Counted from the first letter of the stretch, positions 1 through 9,203 are shown. The stretch is 60,625 nt of DNA from Candidatus Magasanikbacteria bacterium UBA922 (GCA_002293825.1 DBDW01000009.1:92170-152794), one strand, 5' to 3'. A program made the numbers and translations. Notes: generated by a model from the letters alone, not told the origin.

Positions 1-3
1 TAC

Positions 4-621
4 TTATGATCCTGAAGAAGGAGTAACCAGTTCTGTCACCATATCCGCAACCTCTGAAAGAGTATCTGCGGTTGACGTTACCGTCTCTACTACTTCTCCC
101 ACACTACCAGGTGACTCTACAATATCAGAAATAATAGAAAATTCATTGTTTTCAGGAACAGGGGTATCAGCAATACCCTGCTCAGTCACCATCTCGGAAC
201 TTTCTTCTCCCACACTCACAGGGTCTACAGAAGTCATTACAGCCTGCTCGGGTGGATTTTCAATCGCATCCTCCATCTTGGCCTGCTCAACACTACGCAC
301 CTCATCAAGTGAGACAGATTCAAGGGTACCCCCATTCATCTGACCCAAAAGTTCATTGCTCATCCGCACATACGAAGCGGCAGCATGTGTCGATGTTGGG
401 TCAATCAATAAAATTTCAGCACCCAATTCTTTTGGATCATTAAAACGATACACCATACCTCCATACCGAATATACTGTGCCTGAAAACGCCCCGCGATCA
501 CATCAGGATTTGCAATATCATAAAATTCTATCAATGCAACATCCTCATAATCTCCCGTCGCTGTAGCTACTCTCAAATTCTCATTTTCAGCAACATACTG
601 ATCTTTTTGAATATGAATCAT
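4..621 (-). CDS. Hypothetical protein with acidic, low-complexity C-terminus
   Basis: 205-aa ORF directly downstream of 623..3022 in the same orientation; no recognisable motif. Confidence 0.7.
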   Translation of the reverse strand: MIHIQKDQYVAENENLRVATATGDYEDVALIEFYDIANPDVIAGRFQAQYIRYGGMVYRFNDPKELGAEILLIDPTSTHAAASYVRMSNELLGQMNGGTLESVSLDEVRSVEQAKMEDAIENPPEQAVMTSVDPVSVGEESSEMVTEQGIADTPVPENNEFSIISDIVESPGSVGEVVETVTSTADTLSEVADMVTELVTPSSGS

Positions 622-622
622 A

Positions 623-3022
623 CTAGAGCTGAGTTAATAATGCCCGAACTTTAATATCATCCCCCAAAGAGGCGGGTGTAAATCGAACATATGTAGTTTC
701 GTTTGTTTTGTCACTAGTATTGTATGCACCCCAGCTATTTCCTCCATCGGTTGATTTTTCCCATGTTCCCACCTGAGCAACCGAAGTATCATCATCGAGT
801 AATCCGCCTGTCACCGCATTATAGAGCCGTATTCGCAACGTGGGAACCGTGCCCCCAAAGGCACTCGAAAATCTCCATGCAAAAATCTTTGAAGACGCAG
901 AAGATAGCGCAACAGAAGGTTGATAATGACTATCGGTCGTATTATCTTCATACACACACGCGAGATTATAGACACGATTAGGAATGCCCATGGAGCCAAT
1001 CATACGAAATTCAATTGCAAATTGTATAGATTCCGCACCATCGACCCCTGTGAGGTCTCCAGTCTGATCGACCAAATTAAATGTTCCTGAATCATCAGTA
1101 ATACCAGCTGTTCGATAATAAATTCGAAGTGGTTCAGTGGGAAGAGTAAAAGGTCCTTCACCTAGATATTGTGCATTATTTACGTACACGCGAGTGAATT
1201 TTACCGCATTCACGGTAGATAATTCTGGTGTAAGCAATCGTTGTTTTACTGAACCATTTGCATAAGTCCAATCTGCAGGAAGCGGTAGAGCATACAAATT
1301 ATTACCAAGAGCCGCAGTCGTAGTAACACGAGCAATATAGACGAGTCCACCTTCGGACCATATCGAGAGTGGTAATGCGGCCTGACTCACGTGTGGTGTG
1401 GTCCCTGCATCAGCAGAGCTCTGATCAATTTGTCTGGTATCTGCCAAGAACAAATGATCAAACGAATCTGAGCTGGTATTATACCGAGTAACATACGCTC
1501 GACCCACACCCGCCGTCGTGATAATCAATCGATCAATCTGACTTGAAATCTCACAAGTAGAAAGTGCATTACTTACAGCATAGGTCGAAATACCTCCCGG
1601 TGGAATTTCTACCATCGCATCACTCTGCCAAGTGGTGGAACCACTCGTTATATTAGAAATTGCGGCTCGATACACACGTGTCGCAGTCACAAAATATAAA
1701 GATTTTATTCCAGCACCTGGACCATGATTAAGAATTGCAACACGTCCGTTATTCGACTGGGAAATCGTACCAGTTACAGCCTGGTTGCCTGTTGCAAAAA
1801 CAAAAGCATCGGTTGTTTTTCCAGAAGAAATACTCCCTAATGCTGTTCTAAAATTATACTTAAATATTTTTACAGTTGCGGTATCGAGCACATACACATA
1901 CTGTTGAGTCCACGAATCTCGATCATCAAGAGCAAGTCCACAGGCATTAGTATTTGTGACAGTTACAGCATTTGCAAGCCAGTACACTGCCTTTGCCTTA
2001 TCAGTAGATACTGCAGCAGCAATAGTGGTGCCCGTCGTAACAATAAAATCATCGAAAGACACACTTCCGGTCATAAACAGTCCACCGTTAGTTGCTGTGG
2101 CATTTGTGGTAGCATGTAAAATACGAAGATCTTCAATCACATACGCCGTACCCGAACCAATACTAAGATTAGCTGCAGTACCACCAGTCCCCGAAGCAGT
2201 AGGATTGATCTGTATGGTAATCGAAGTATTTGAGCCAATTGCATTAACATAATACCATGTTGCAATCTGTGTAGGATCATTCGAACCAAATCCAATACGT
2301 GAACCGATAAAAACCCGATCATTGCTCCAGGTCGTTCCTGAACCCGTAACTGTAGCACCCGACACATCCACGGTACCGGTCGTATATTTTTCATACGAAA
2401 CCCGAAATCCTCGAACAGTATGATTAGTGGTAGCAGGAAACGTATGAATAATCGCCCCTTTCCAATTAAAAACTGAATTCGACCGGTCGAACGTAAACAA
2501 CGTAGTGCGACGAGTTGCAGCAGCAGTTGCGTTATCTGTCAAAAAAACCCAATCAATATTTCTATTCTTATCAATCACAAAAGCCGTGCCCGATGAAATC
2601 GTGCCGGCTGAAGATTCAAGCGTGAGAGAAGTTGCTGATGGAATAGTAGAAACAGTATACCAAGTCGTGATATCTACAGGATCAGTCGACCCAAATCCGA
2701 TACGCGCACCGATGGGAACACCATCAGAAAGCCAGTCTGTTCCACTTCCAGAAACTGCAGTCCCAGAAACTGCCACCGTTCCTGTAGAATAATACCCTGA
2801 TTTTTGACACCAGCTTACCACATGTGGATGCATTCCAGGCACAGCGACATTTTGCTCCATCGGACGGGCAACTCCAATTTTCATCGGTCCTGCAAATTTG
2901 TCAGTTGGATTATCTCCACTGTACTGTCTAATCAAATTCCCAAGCACGGTCTTATCAGACTCATAATTAGTATAAGGAGTTGTCGTACCGGTAAATAAAT
3001 GCTCCACCACTCGTTTTGCCAT
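623..3022 (-). CDS. Large Thr/Gly/Ser-rich beta-structure protein with two phage tail-fibre-like repeats
   Basis: ORF 623..3052; probable start MAKRVVEH at 3022 avoids overlap with the upstream gene; internal repeat TGTVxVSGxxVxGSGTxW...IGxRIGFGSxDPxxIxTWY occurs twice. Confidence 0.65.
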   Translation of the reverse strand: MAKRVVEHLFTGTTTPYTNYESDKTVLGNLIRQYSGDNPTDKFAGPMKIGVARPMEQNVAVPGMHPHVVSWCQKSGYYSTGTVAVSGTAVSGSGTDWLSDGVPIGARIGFGSTDPVDITTWYTVSTIPSATSLTLESSAGTISSGTAFVIDKNRNIDWVFLTDNATAAATRRTTLFTFDRSNSVFNWKGAIIHTFPATTNHTVRGFRVSYEKYTTGTVDVSGATVTGSGTTWSNDRVFIGSRIGFGSNDPTQIATWYYVNAIGSNTSITIQINPTASGTGGTAANLSIGSGTAYVIEDLRILHATTNATATNGGLFMTGSVSFDDFIVTTGTTIAAAVSTDKAKAVYWLANAVTVTNTNACGLALDDRDSWTQQYVYVLDTATVKIFKYNFRTALGSISSGKTTDAFVFATGNQAVTGTISQSNNGRVAILNHGPGAGIKSLYFVTATRVYRAAISNITSGSTTWQSDAMVEIPPGGISTYAVSNALSTCEISSQIDRLIITTAGVGRAYVTRYNTSSDSFDHLFLADTRQIDQSSADAGTTPHVSQAALPLSIWSEGGLVYIARVTTTAALGNNLYALPLPADWTYANGSVKQRLLTPELSTVNAVKFTRVYVNNAQYLGEGPFTLPTEPLRIYYRTAGITDDSGTFNLVDQTGDLTGVDGAESIQFAIEFRMIGSMGIPNRVYNLACVYEDNTTDSHYQPSVALSSASSKIFAWRFSSAFGGTVPTLRIRLYNAVTGGLLDDDTSVAQVGTWEKSTDGGNSWGAYNTSDKTNETTYVRFTPASLGDDIKVRALLTQL

Positions 3023-3032
3023 ATAGATAAAA

Positions 3033-3734
3033 TTACACTTCAATATAATCAATATTAATTTGTACCGTGCCAGTCCCAGAAATTACCACATACAGAGGCT
3101 CGTCACTACCACCCTCAACATAATTCGGATGATTATTTGCCCCATAGAGTCCTCCTGCCTTGGGAGAAACATATCGCTCATAATCAGCGCCCCCGCTGGT
3201 AAAACGAAATGAGACACTCGTAAGATCAGCGGTGAGAGAAAAACGTGCACTATATACTCGTATTTTTTTACCTGCACCAGGGACCAATACATTCCCAGAA
3301 GAAGAAAGTGATGTTGTTATTTTTTGGACGCTCTGCCCTTCGAGAAGAGCTTGAATACTCTCTTCGGTCGCAGGATTTACCTCCTGATTTGTGGTGTTTT
3401 TTACCCCTACCACATTCGAAGTGGGAGTACTCCCAAAAACGAGTGCATCAGCACGCTTTGGAAGCAACAAAGAACCCGCCACCCCTAATCCAGCAACACC
3501 AAGAAATTTCAAAAAATTTCTTTTTCGAGCATCTTCAAAACGAGGGCTCGTGGAAGGGCTTGTGAATAGTTCTAACTCGGTCTGCTCTTTCTGCTCAACA
3601 TGTTCAAAAATAGGCTCGACACTACTATGAGTATCTAATTTTGAAACCAAAGGAAGCGAAGTTTGTCTTCGCACCCGCTGTATATTCAGCACCCCAGACG
3701 TTGAATTATGGTGAAGCTGTATTTTCCTTCTCAC
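3033..3734 (-). CDS. Hypothetical protein with twin-arginine-like signal/TM segment (KRNFLKFLGVAGLGVAGSLLLPKRADA)
   Basis: ORF 3033..3791; start uncertain (GTG at 3734 assumed); Tat-like motif followed by a hydrophobic stretch and an AxA site. Confidence 0.6.
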   Translation of the reverse strand: MRRKIQLHHNSTSGVLNIQRVRRQTSLPLVSKLDTHSSVEPIFEHVEQKEQTELELFTSPSTSPRFEDARKRNFLKFLGVAGLGVAGSLLLPKRADALVFGSTPTSNVVGVKNTTNQEVNPATEESIQALLEGQSVQKITTSLSSSGNVLVPGAGKKIRVYSARFSLTADLTSVSFRFTSGGADYERYVSPKAGGLYGANNHPNYVEGGSDEPLYVVISGTGTVQINIDYIEV

Positions 3735-3828
3735 AAAATTTTGACAAAAACAAAATTTGTCATTTACAAAAATTATATCACAAAAAAACATTCATCGCAC
3801 AATAATATTTTCGATTATGATAAAATTT

Positions 3829-3837
3829 TGTGGATAA
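3829..3837 (-). promoter_or_regulatory. Isolated perfect DnaA box (TTATCCACA)
   Basis: tgtggataa on the + strand in an intergenic region. Confidence 0.4.
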
Positions 3838-4013
3838 CCATATAATACATTCTCGTTTTGTATATTTTAAAACAAAAGAAAAATGAAAATAAGTAATACC
3901 AAAACTCTGCTAAATAATAAACCACGACATACCAGAGTCAATGTACTCGATCACACACAAATAAGCACATGAATGAAACAAAAATACCCTCTGTTTAGTC
4001 GACACAAACTTTC

Positions 4014-4730
4014 TTAGTAGAAAAATAATAATTTATACCCAATAAATAATAATGCGGCGTCTGCTGCAAAATGGCACAACACACTACCAACGAGACTATG
4101 TGTCTTTTGATAGATAAGCCCAAATAAAATACCCCCAACAAACACAAGAAACCCAAAAAGTGCCGTCCACAGAAATGGAAAAAACTGAGAAAGCACTACC
4201 ACATGATGTGCAGAAAAAGCAAAAGCTGAAATAACAATTGACCGCACAGGAGAAAAAGCAGTCGCCAAACTTCTCATCACAAACCATCTCCAATAATATT
4301 CTTCAAAAAATGCATTAAATGTGCTAAGAAAAAATGCAAATAAAACATAATTATGTAAAAAAATTCCCACCTCTTCTGCTTTTATCTTAACAAATGGAGC
4401 TGCAAAAAATAATCGTTCCACAATTAAATCAGACAAAAAATACGTCGCAATAAAAATTATCAATCCGATAAGTCCGCCATACACCAACGAAAGCATTCGA
4501 TGCGAAAAACCAACGGTAGCAAACGAAATTTTTTTAAGCAAAAAAACAAAAAAGATCGGCCAGACAATCATTAACATTTTTAATACCGTATAGATCGTCT
4601 TTGCAACCATCGGATCTTTTACGATCACAAAATAAAAAATACTACCGACAAACTGAAATAAAAGTGCAGGTACAATAATAAAAAACATTCGATAATGATC
4701 GAAATTTATTCGTATAGTTTGCGAAGACAT
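4014..4730 (-). CDS. CPBP (CAAX/Abi) family intramembrane glutamic endopeptidase
   Basis: Multi-TM protein with EEYYWR, FSAHH and HFAAD motifs. Confidence 0.88.
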   Translation of the reverse strand: MSSQTIRINFDHYRMFFIIVPALLFQFVGSIFYFVIVKDPMVAKTIYTVLKMLMIVWPIFFVFLLKKISFATVGFSHRMLSLVYGGLIGLIIFIATYFLSDLIVERLFFAAPFVKIKAEEVGIFLHNYVLFAFFLSTFNAFFEEYYWRWFVMRSLATAFSPVRSIVISAFAFSAHHVVVLSQFFPFLWTALFGFLVFVGGILFGLIYQKTHSLVGSVLCHFAADAALLFIGYKLLFFY

Positions 4731-4746
4731 ACGTACGATTCAAAAA

Positions 4747-4823
4747 TGGTCGGAGTGATAGGACTTGAACCTACGACCCTCTGGTCCCAAACCAGATGCT
4801 CTAGCCAACTGAGCTACACTCCG
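4747..4823 (-). tRNA. tRNA-Pro(UGG)
   Basis: Cloverleaf CGGAGTG...TCTGG-TT-TGG-GA-CCAGA...GTTCAAGTC...CACTCCGACCA. Confidence 0.97.
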
Positions 4824-4832
4824 TTTACACAG

Positions 4833-4904
4833 TGCCGAGAGCCAGGATCGAACTGGCGACACAAGGCTCTTCAGGCCTCTGCTCTACCACTGAGCTACCT
4901 CGGC
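4833..4904 (-). tRNA. tRNA-Phe(GAA), CCA not encoded
   Basis: GCCGAGG...GAGGC-CT-GAA-GA-GCCTT...GTTCGATCC...TCTCGGCA. Confidence 0.96.
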
Positions 4905-4911
4905 GTAAAAA

Positions 4912-4984
4912 AACAGTTAACACGTAACCCTCAACAATTAACGTTGCACTTCGGTCAATTGTTAATCGTTAGCTGTTAACTGTC
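4912..4984. repeat. Imperfect inverted repeat built from 7-bp AACNNNN / NNNNGTT units
   Basis: aacagtt aacacgt aaccctc aacaatt aacgttg ... aattgtt aatcgtt agctgtt aactgtc; ACAGTTAACA 4913-4922 pairs with TGTTAACTGT 4974-4983. Confidence 0.65.
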
Positions 4985-4989
4985 TCTTG

Positions 4990-5062
4990 TGGACCAGAGA
5001 GGACTCGAACCCCCCACCTCCTCGGTGCAAACGAGGCGCTCTACCAGATGAGCTACTGGCCC
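4990..5062 (-). tRNA. tRNA-Ala(UGC), CCA not encoded
   Basis: GGGCCAG...CCTCG-TT-TGC-AC-CGAGG...GTTCGAGTC...CTGGTCCA, with the G3-U70 Ala identity pair. Confidence 0.96.
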
Positions 5063-5079
5063 ATACAAAATCGAAAACA

Positions 5080-5108
5080 AGTATAACAGTCACCCAAAAA
5101 AAAGTCAA
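5080..5108 (-). promoter_or_regulatory. Sigma70 promoter of the tRNA-Ala-Phe-Pro operon
   Basis: TTGACT-17bp-TATACT on the - strand. Confidence 0.75.
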
Positions 5109-5133
5109 GAACATAGTAGGTCACAAAAGACCA

Positions 5134-5162
5134 TTGACAAAAATCTAATAAAAACGTACGAT
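5134..5162 (+). promoter_or_regulatory. Sigma70 promoter of the Met-leader/SAM-hydrolase unit
   Basis: TTGACA (5134-5139)-17bp-TACGAT (5157-5162). Confidence 0.65.
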
Positions 5163-5173
5163 AATCCAGTACT

Positions 5174-5245
5174 ATGATACAAAAATACACGCAATACATG
5201 ATGATGGTATTGATGACCTCGACACAGCGAAGGCCACGTGTATAG
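5174..5245 (+). CDS. Putative Met-rich attenuator leader peptide MIQKYTQYMMMVLMTSTQRRPRV (23 aa)
   Basis: Short ORF just after the promoter; ATG ATG ATG at 5198-5206 and ATG at 5213; it overlaps the antiterminator segment. Confidence 0.7.
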   Translation: MIQKYTQYMMMVLMTSTQRRPRV

Positions 5246-5301
5246 TTTTTCAAAAAAAACAATATGCCATGACCTTCGCAATCCGGAGGTCGTTTTATTT
5301 T
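5213..5301 (+). promoter_or_regulatory. Transcription attenuator (1:2 hairpin, 2:3 antiterminator, 3:4 terminator)
   Basis: Terminator ATGACCTTCG(5269-5278)-CAATC-CGGAGGTCGT(5284-5293)+TTTATTTT; antiterminator GCGAAGG(5227-5233)/CCTTCGC(5273-5279); 1:2 hairpin TGACCTCG/CGAAGGCCA. Confidence 0.7.
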
Positions 5302-5319
5302 AAACTAACACACAAACCT

Positions 5320-6093
5320 ATGTTTGCAACAATAATCAATGACTGTCGAGACGCAAATGCATTTGGTAGACAAGCAGCGCGAGTAAGTGCACTTCTCTCA
5401 TGCCCTGTATCTACCGTAGGTGTACACAACGATATTGAAGCAGGTGGGATGCTCGTAGACATACTCGATGCATCATTGGGAAAAAAGAGTATTATTCTCG
5501 TAAATGTAGCACCACGTGAAAAAACAAAAAACAAATGGGAAAACGGTACACCATTTGGATATTTTCGTGTCGGAGAAACAATAGTGTGTGCATCAATCGC
5601 GGGAGAGACCATGAGACTCGTACACGCACTCGGAATCACATCTTCAATCGAGGTGTTTGATATACCCACAGTAGTGGCAGAAGCCGTTCAAAAAAACCTA
5701 CTTACCACAGAAGAGGCTGTGCATATTACCAATACACAATTCAGAAGTTTTGAATTCTTGCCACGAATCGCCACATGGATCACCCAGGGTCACACATTTA
5801 CTACCGACACATTATCACTTGATACATATTTTGCAAAAACAAACCATCGTATTTGGTGGGTAGACTGTTTTGGTAATTGCAAAACGACCATACTCGCAGA
5901 CACTACCAAACAAACCATCGAAACACCATGGGGAACTCTTCCTGTATTTGGACGACTCACCGATGTGCCCGACCAAACACTTGCTATCGTCAGCGGAAGC
6001 TCCGGATATGGGACAAAACGATTATTTGAAATTATGATACAGGGTGGAAATGCAGCACAAAAATGCACCATCACATCTGGACAAGAATTCTAA
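5320..6093 (+). CDS. SAM hydrolase / SAM-dependent halogenase family protein (DUF62, SAM hydroxide adenosyltransferase-like)
   Basis: WVDCFGNCKT and SGSSGYG...FEIMIQGGNAA C-terminal motifs typical of the family; start MFATIIND lies downstream of the terminator. Confidence 0.75.
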   Translation: MFATIINDCRDANAFGRQAARVSALLSCPVSTVGVHNDIEAGGMLVDILDASLGKKSIILVNVAPREKTKNKWENGTPFGYFRVGETIVCASIAGETMRLVHALGITSSIEVFDIPTVVAEAVQKNLLTTEEAVHITNTQFRSFEFLPRIATWITQGHTFTTDTLSLDTYFAKTNHRIWWVDCFGNCKTTILADTTKQTIETPWGTLPVFGRLTDVPDQTLAIVSGSSGYGTKRLFEIMIQGGNAAQKCTITSGQEF

Positions 6094-6097
6094 GCAA

Positions 6098-9000
6098 TCA
6101 CTTCGATGTTCGTGAAAATTTTGTGCGCACATATGAAATTACGGACGTACCATATAGTTTGATCCCCAAAACCACCACCAATCCTACACAGATACCAATG
6201 ATCATACGGACCATCTGTCGCATGGAATATGAAGACTGTTCGAGAGGTTCGAGTTCTATTTTTTCACCTTTTACACCATGTATATCGATAGACACATCAG
6301 TGTGATCTCGTGGAGAAAGCTGATACCCACTCTTGGTTTCTTGGAGAATTCCCGAAACACGCGCACGAACCCCCTCCTCAAACATCTTCTTATCAATTCC
6401 AGACCCTCCACGTATATATACTTTTACCTCACCCGTCCCATCATCGAGATACACATACGAGCCCTTTACCCCAACGATCTCTCCTACAATTTCTACAAAT
6501 CCTCCCTCATACATCTCCCCCACCTCTGCTGCCAAAAGTGTATGTGGTAAAACAGGCACAGAAGTGATCGTATCAACACGAGACACATCTTCAGCTCGTG
6601 CTATCTTAATTCTCATCTCACCAGAGACTTCAGTAAGCTCACCCGATACAGAAACCTTGTCTCCGATAACTAATTCAGGAAATTCTTTTTTATATGAATA
6701 CACCTGAATTCCAACACCCAATTCCCCGCCAACATACAGATACTGGCTACTCAGGACGCCTGGCGGTACCAATACCACACCCTCAAACACAACCCGTGTG
6801 CCAACATCAAAATTACGGATCTGTGCCACAGTCGTGAACACAGCAGCAGACGCAGTGGATTTATGTTCATCCGCACGAACAGCACGATCTGCCACAGGCT
6901 CATTCGGGTTTTCCATATGCGGTGTCAGTTCAGAGGTCCAAAACCAGAGATCATGTGCCATTACATATGATTTATTTTCTTTTACCCCTGAATATTCAAT
7001 CATGTGAAACACCTCACCTTGAGTATCAAGTATGCGCACCTGATCAGTAGTATTTGCAAGCGATATTTTAGTGTCCTTAGAATACCATGCACGATATTCA
7101 TGCGCACGAAGAACTGTATCAGGTGGAAATGAATACGGTTTCGAACCACCGTCACCATCATCAAGAGATAGCCCAGTAAGTGAAATATCGTGTTCAAATG
7201 GGTTAAACAATTCAATAAACTCATTCTGAGTATCAACTCCTAGTGGATTTGGAAGAATTTCAGTAATAATCGGTAATGAATCAAAAGAAAAAACAGGTAC
7301 CAAGGAATCAGTACGTGTCGTAGAAGATACAGAAGAAAAAATAGTTATAGAAGAATTATCAGTATCATCAGATGTGAAATCGTACGAAATCACATTTTCA
7401 AAACCTTTAGTAATAGTAGTCGTGATATATAGCTGGGCAATACCATTCATTCGAGCGACCGCCTGCCCTTTCACAGGAGCTTCGACATCTGCCATATCCT
7501 CATCCCAATTTCCATACACCACCCGATCAATCTCCTGCCCACTTGGATCAAAAAGAGTAATCAGATCACCACTATTATTCAAGCTGCCTTTAGGTTTATT
7601 CACCACAAAAAACCCTCGAGGCAACACCGTACCTACAAGCACGGTACGTGCTCCACTACCATCACGAAGCACCCACTCATCCAATGCAATGGTACGATCC
7701 GTCGTATTATATAATTCCACAAATTCATCTTCGCCTGTACTTGGAGACGATACAAATTCATTCACTACAATATCATTGGGAGAAAATACCTCACCTGAAG
7801 ATTGGATCGGTTGCACATATACAACCGAAGGAGTAGGTGCAGGAGAAACAGATATTGATTCAGCAGTAATATTATTAGGTAATCCTGGCGTAGGAGTAAT
7901 CGTGAATGAAAAATCTGCACTATCGACATCCGTATCATCTCCATCACTATTTCGAGCACTCGAATATCCTTTTTTCGGAGCCACTACGTTATCAGCCATT
8001 TCACCATCATCCCAATTCCCATAGGACACCGCATCAATCACATCTCCAACAGAATTCAAAAAAACCACCCGATCTCCAGATTGGTTCAGTTTACTCGAAA
8101 GCAAATATATTGTTCGAAAACCAAGACCCTCGATAGTACCTGTCACACTCGCAATTTTTCCTACACCGTCATACAGCAGATAACCATCCAAGTCCACCAC
8201 TCGATCTTCTGTATTATATAACTCCACCCACTCTCTTTCCCCACTTATCGGATCACTCAAAAACTCATTTATCACAATCACTGGATCAGGAAATTCATTG
8301 CGAATAATGGGAAACACCTCTATCGTACGCGACACCGTCGAACTTGCGTGTTCAGTATCATACACGGTCAAGAAAATTACCATCGTTCCAGTAGAGGAAA
8401 AAATATGCTCGTGCTCCACTCCCTCGTATTCTACCCCCTCAATCATCCACACATACCGATCAATAAAACTTTCATCGTCATACGAATCAGATGCATCAAA
8501 TAACACTGTCTCACCCACCACTGTTGAAGTAACTGAGCGAATCACCGATCGAGGAATACGATTTTCTACAATCTCACCCTCTACATTATTCCACCAATAA
8601 TTATCTCTACCCGGTGTCGATGAATCCGGATGCTCTTTCCATGATAAGGCATCCACAGAATCATCTACTGCACTCACCCGCTCAAGTGAATAATTGTATA
8701 CACCAGCGTAGACAAATTTTTCTATAAAATCATCACTACCACTTCCACTCTTAATACCAATTTCTTCACCTGATTTATTGAGTGTAGTCCAGGAACTATC
8801 AAAAACAGTAGAAGTAACCTCCGGATGGTCAGTAAAAAATACAGTATCATTTTGGGCAATAATGGCATACGCTCCCGGTAACAAAATAGTAGACGTAATC
8901 GTACTACTAGGACTAATCACAAGCCCATGATTCACACCACCTTCCCAGAATTTCCAGCCAGCCAAGTCAATCGATTCCGAACTTTTATTATAGATCTCTA

Positions 9001-9151
9001 TCCACTGGTGTTCAGTAGACGCACATCCACTCGGACATATTTCAGTGATGTTAATACTCTCAGAGAGAGTCTTAACATTTTTTGAAAATAAAAAAATACT
9101 TACTGCAATAATAAAAACAATAAGTACCACTTCCCTCCAATGTTCTTTCAT
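6098..9151 (-). CDS. Surface protein with four lamin-tail domains, a PKD domain, OB-folds and a C-terminal TM anchor
   Basis: Four (I/V)(T/N)E..P...(E/Q)(W/F)(I/V)E(I/L)(Y/F)N repeats; PKD-like VGETVLFDASDSYD; OB-like YLDDGTGEVKVY; N- and C-terminal hydrophobic segments. Confidence 0.82.
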   Translation of the reverse strand: MKEHWREVVLIVFIIAVSIFLFSKNVKTLSESINITEICPSGCASTEHQWIEIYNKSSESIDLAGWKFWEGGVNHGLVISPSSTITSTILLPGAYAIIAQNDTVFFTDHPEVTSTVFDSSWTTLNKSGEEIGIKSGSGSDDFIEKFVYAGVYNYSLERVSAVDDSVDALSWKEHPDSSTPGRDNYWWNNVEGEIVENRIPRSVIRSVTSTVVGETVLFDASDSYDDESFIDRYVWMIEGVEYEGVEHEHIFSSTGTMVIFLTVYDTEHASSTVSRTIEVFPIIRNEFPDPVIVINEFLSDPISGEREWVELYNTEDRVVDLDGYLLYDGVGKIASVTGTIEGLGFRTIYLLSSKLNQSGDRVVFLNSVGDVIDAVSYGNWDDGEMADNVVAPKKGYSSARNSDGDDTDVDSADFSFTITPTPGLPNNITAESISVSPAPTPSVVYVQPIQSSGEVFSPNDIVVNEFVSSPSTGEDEFVELYNTTDRTIALDEWVLRDGSGARTVLVGTVLPRGFFVVNKPKGSLNNSGDLITLFDPSGQEIDRVVYGNWDEDMADVEAPVKGQAVARMNGIAQLYITTTITKGFENVISYDFTSDDTDNSSITIFSSVSSTTRTDSLVPVFSFDSLPIITEILPNPLGVDTQNEFIELFNPFEHDISLTGLSLDDGDGGSKPYSFPPDTVLRAHEYRAWYSKDTKISLANTTDQVRILDTQGEVFHMIEYSGVKENKSYVMAHDLWFWTSELTPHMENPNEPVADRAVRADEHKSTASAAVFTTVAQIRNFDVGTRVVFEGVVLVPPGVLSSQYLYVGGELGVGIQVYSYKKEFPELVIGDKVSVSGELTEVSGEMRIKIARAEDVSRVDTITSVPVLPHTLLAAEVGEMYEGGFVEIVGEIVGVKGSYVYLDDGTGEVKVYIRGGSGIDKKMFEEGVRARVSGILQETKSGYQLSPRDHTDVSIDIHGVKGEKIELEPLEQSSYSMRQMVRMIIGICVGLVVVLGIKLYGTSVISYVRTKFSRTSK

Positions 9152-9203
9152 ACCCCTCCGTATGTTAGAAATAAATTGTGAACAAAACTACTATACCATG
9201 TTC

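Noticed and set aside
5269-5319. N-terminal extension MTFAIRRSFYFKLTHKP of the DUF62 ORF
   Set aside because: It lies within the terminator hairpin and U-tract; the ATG at 5320 has the host-typical A-rich context.
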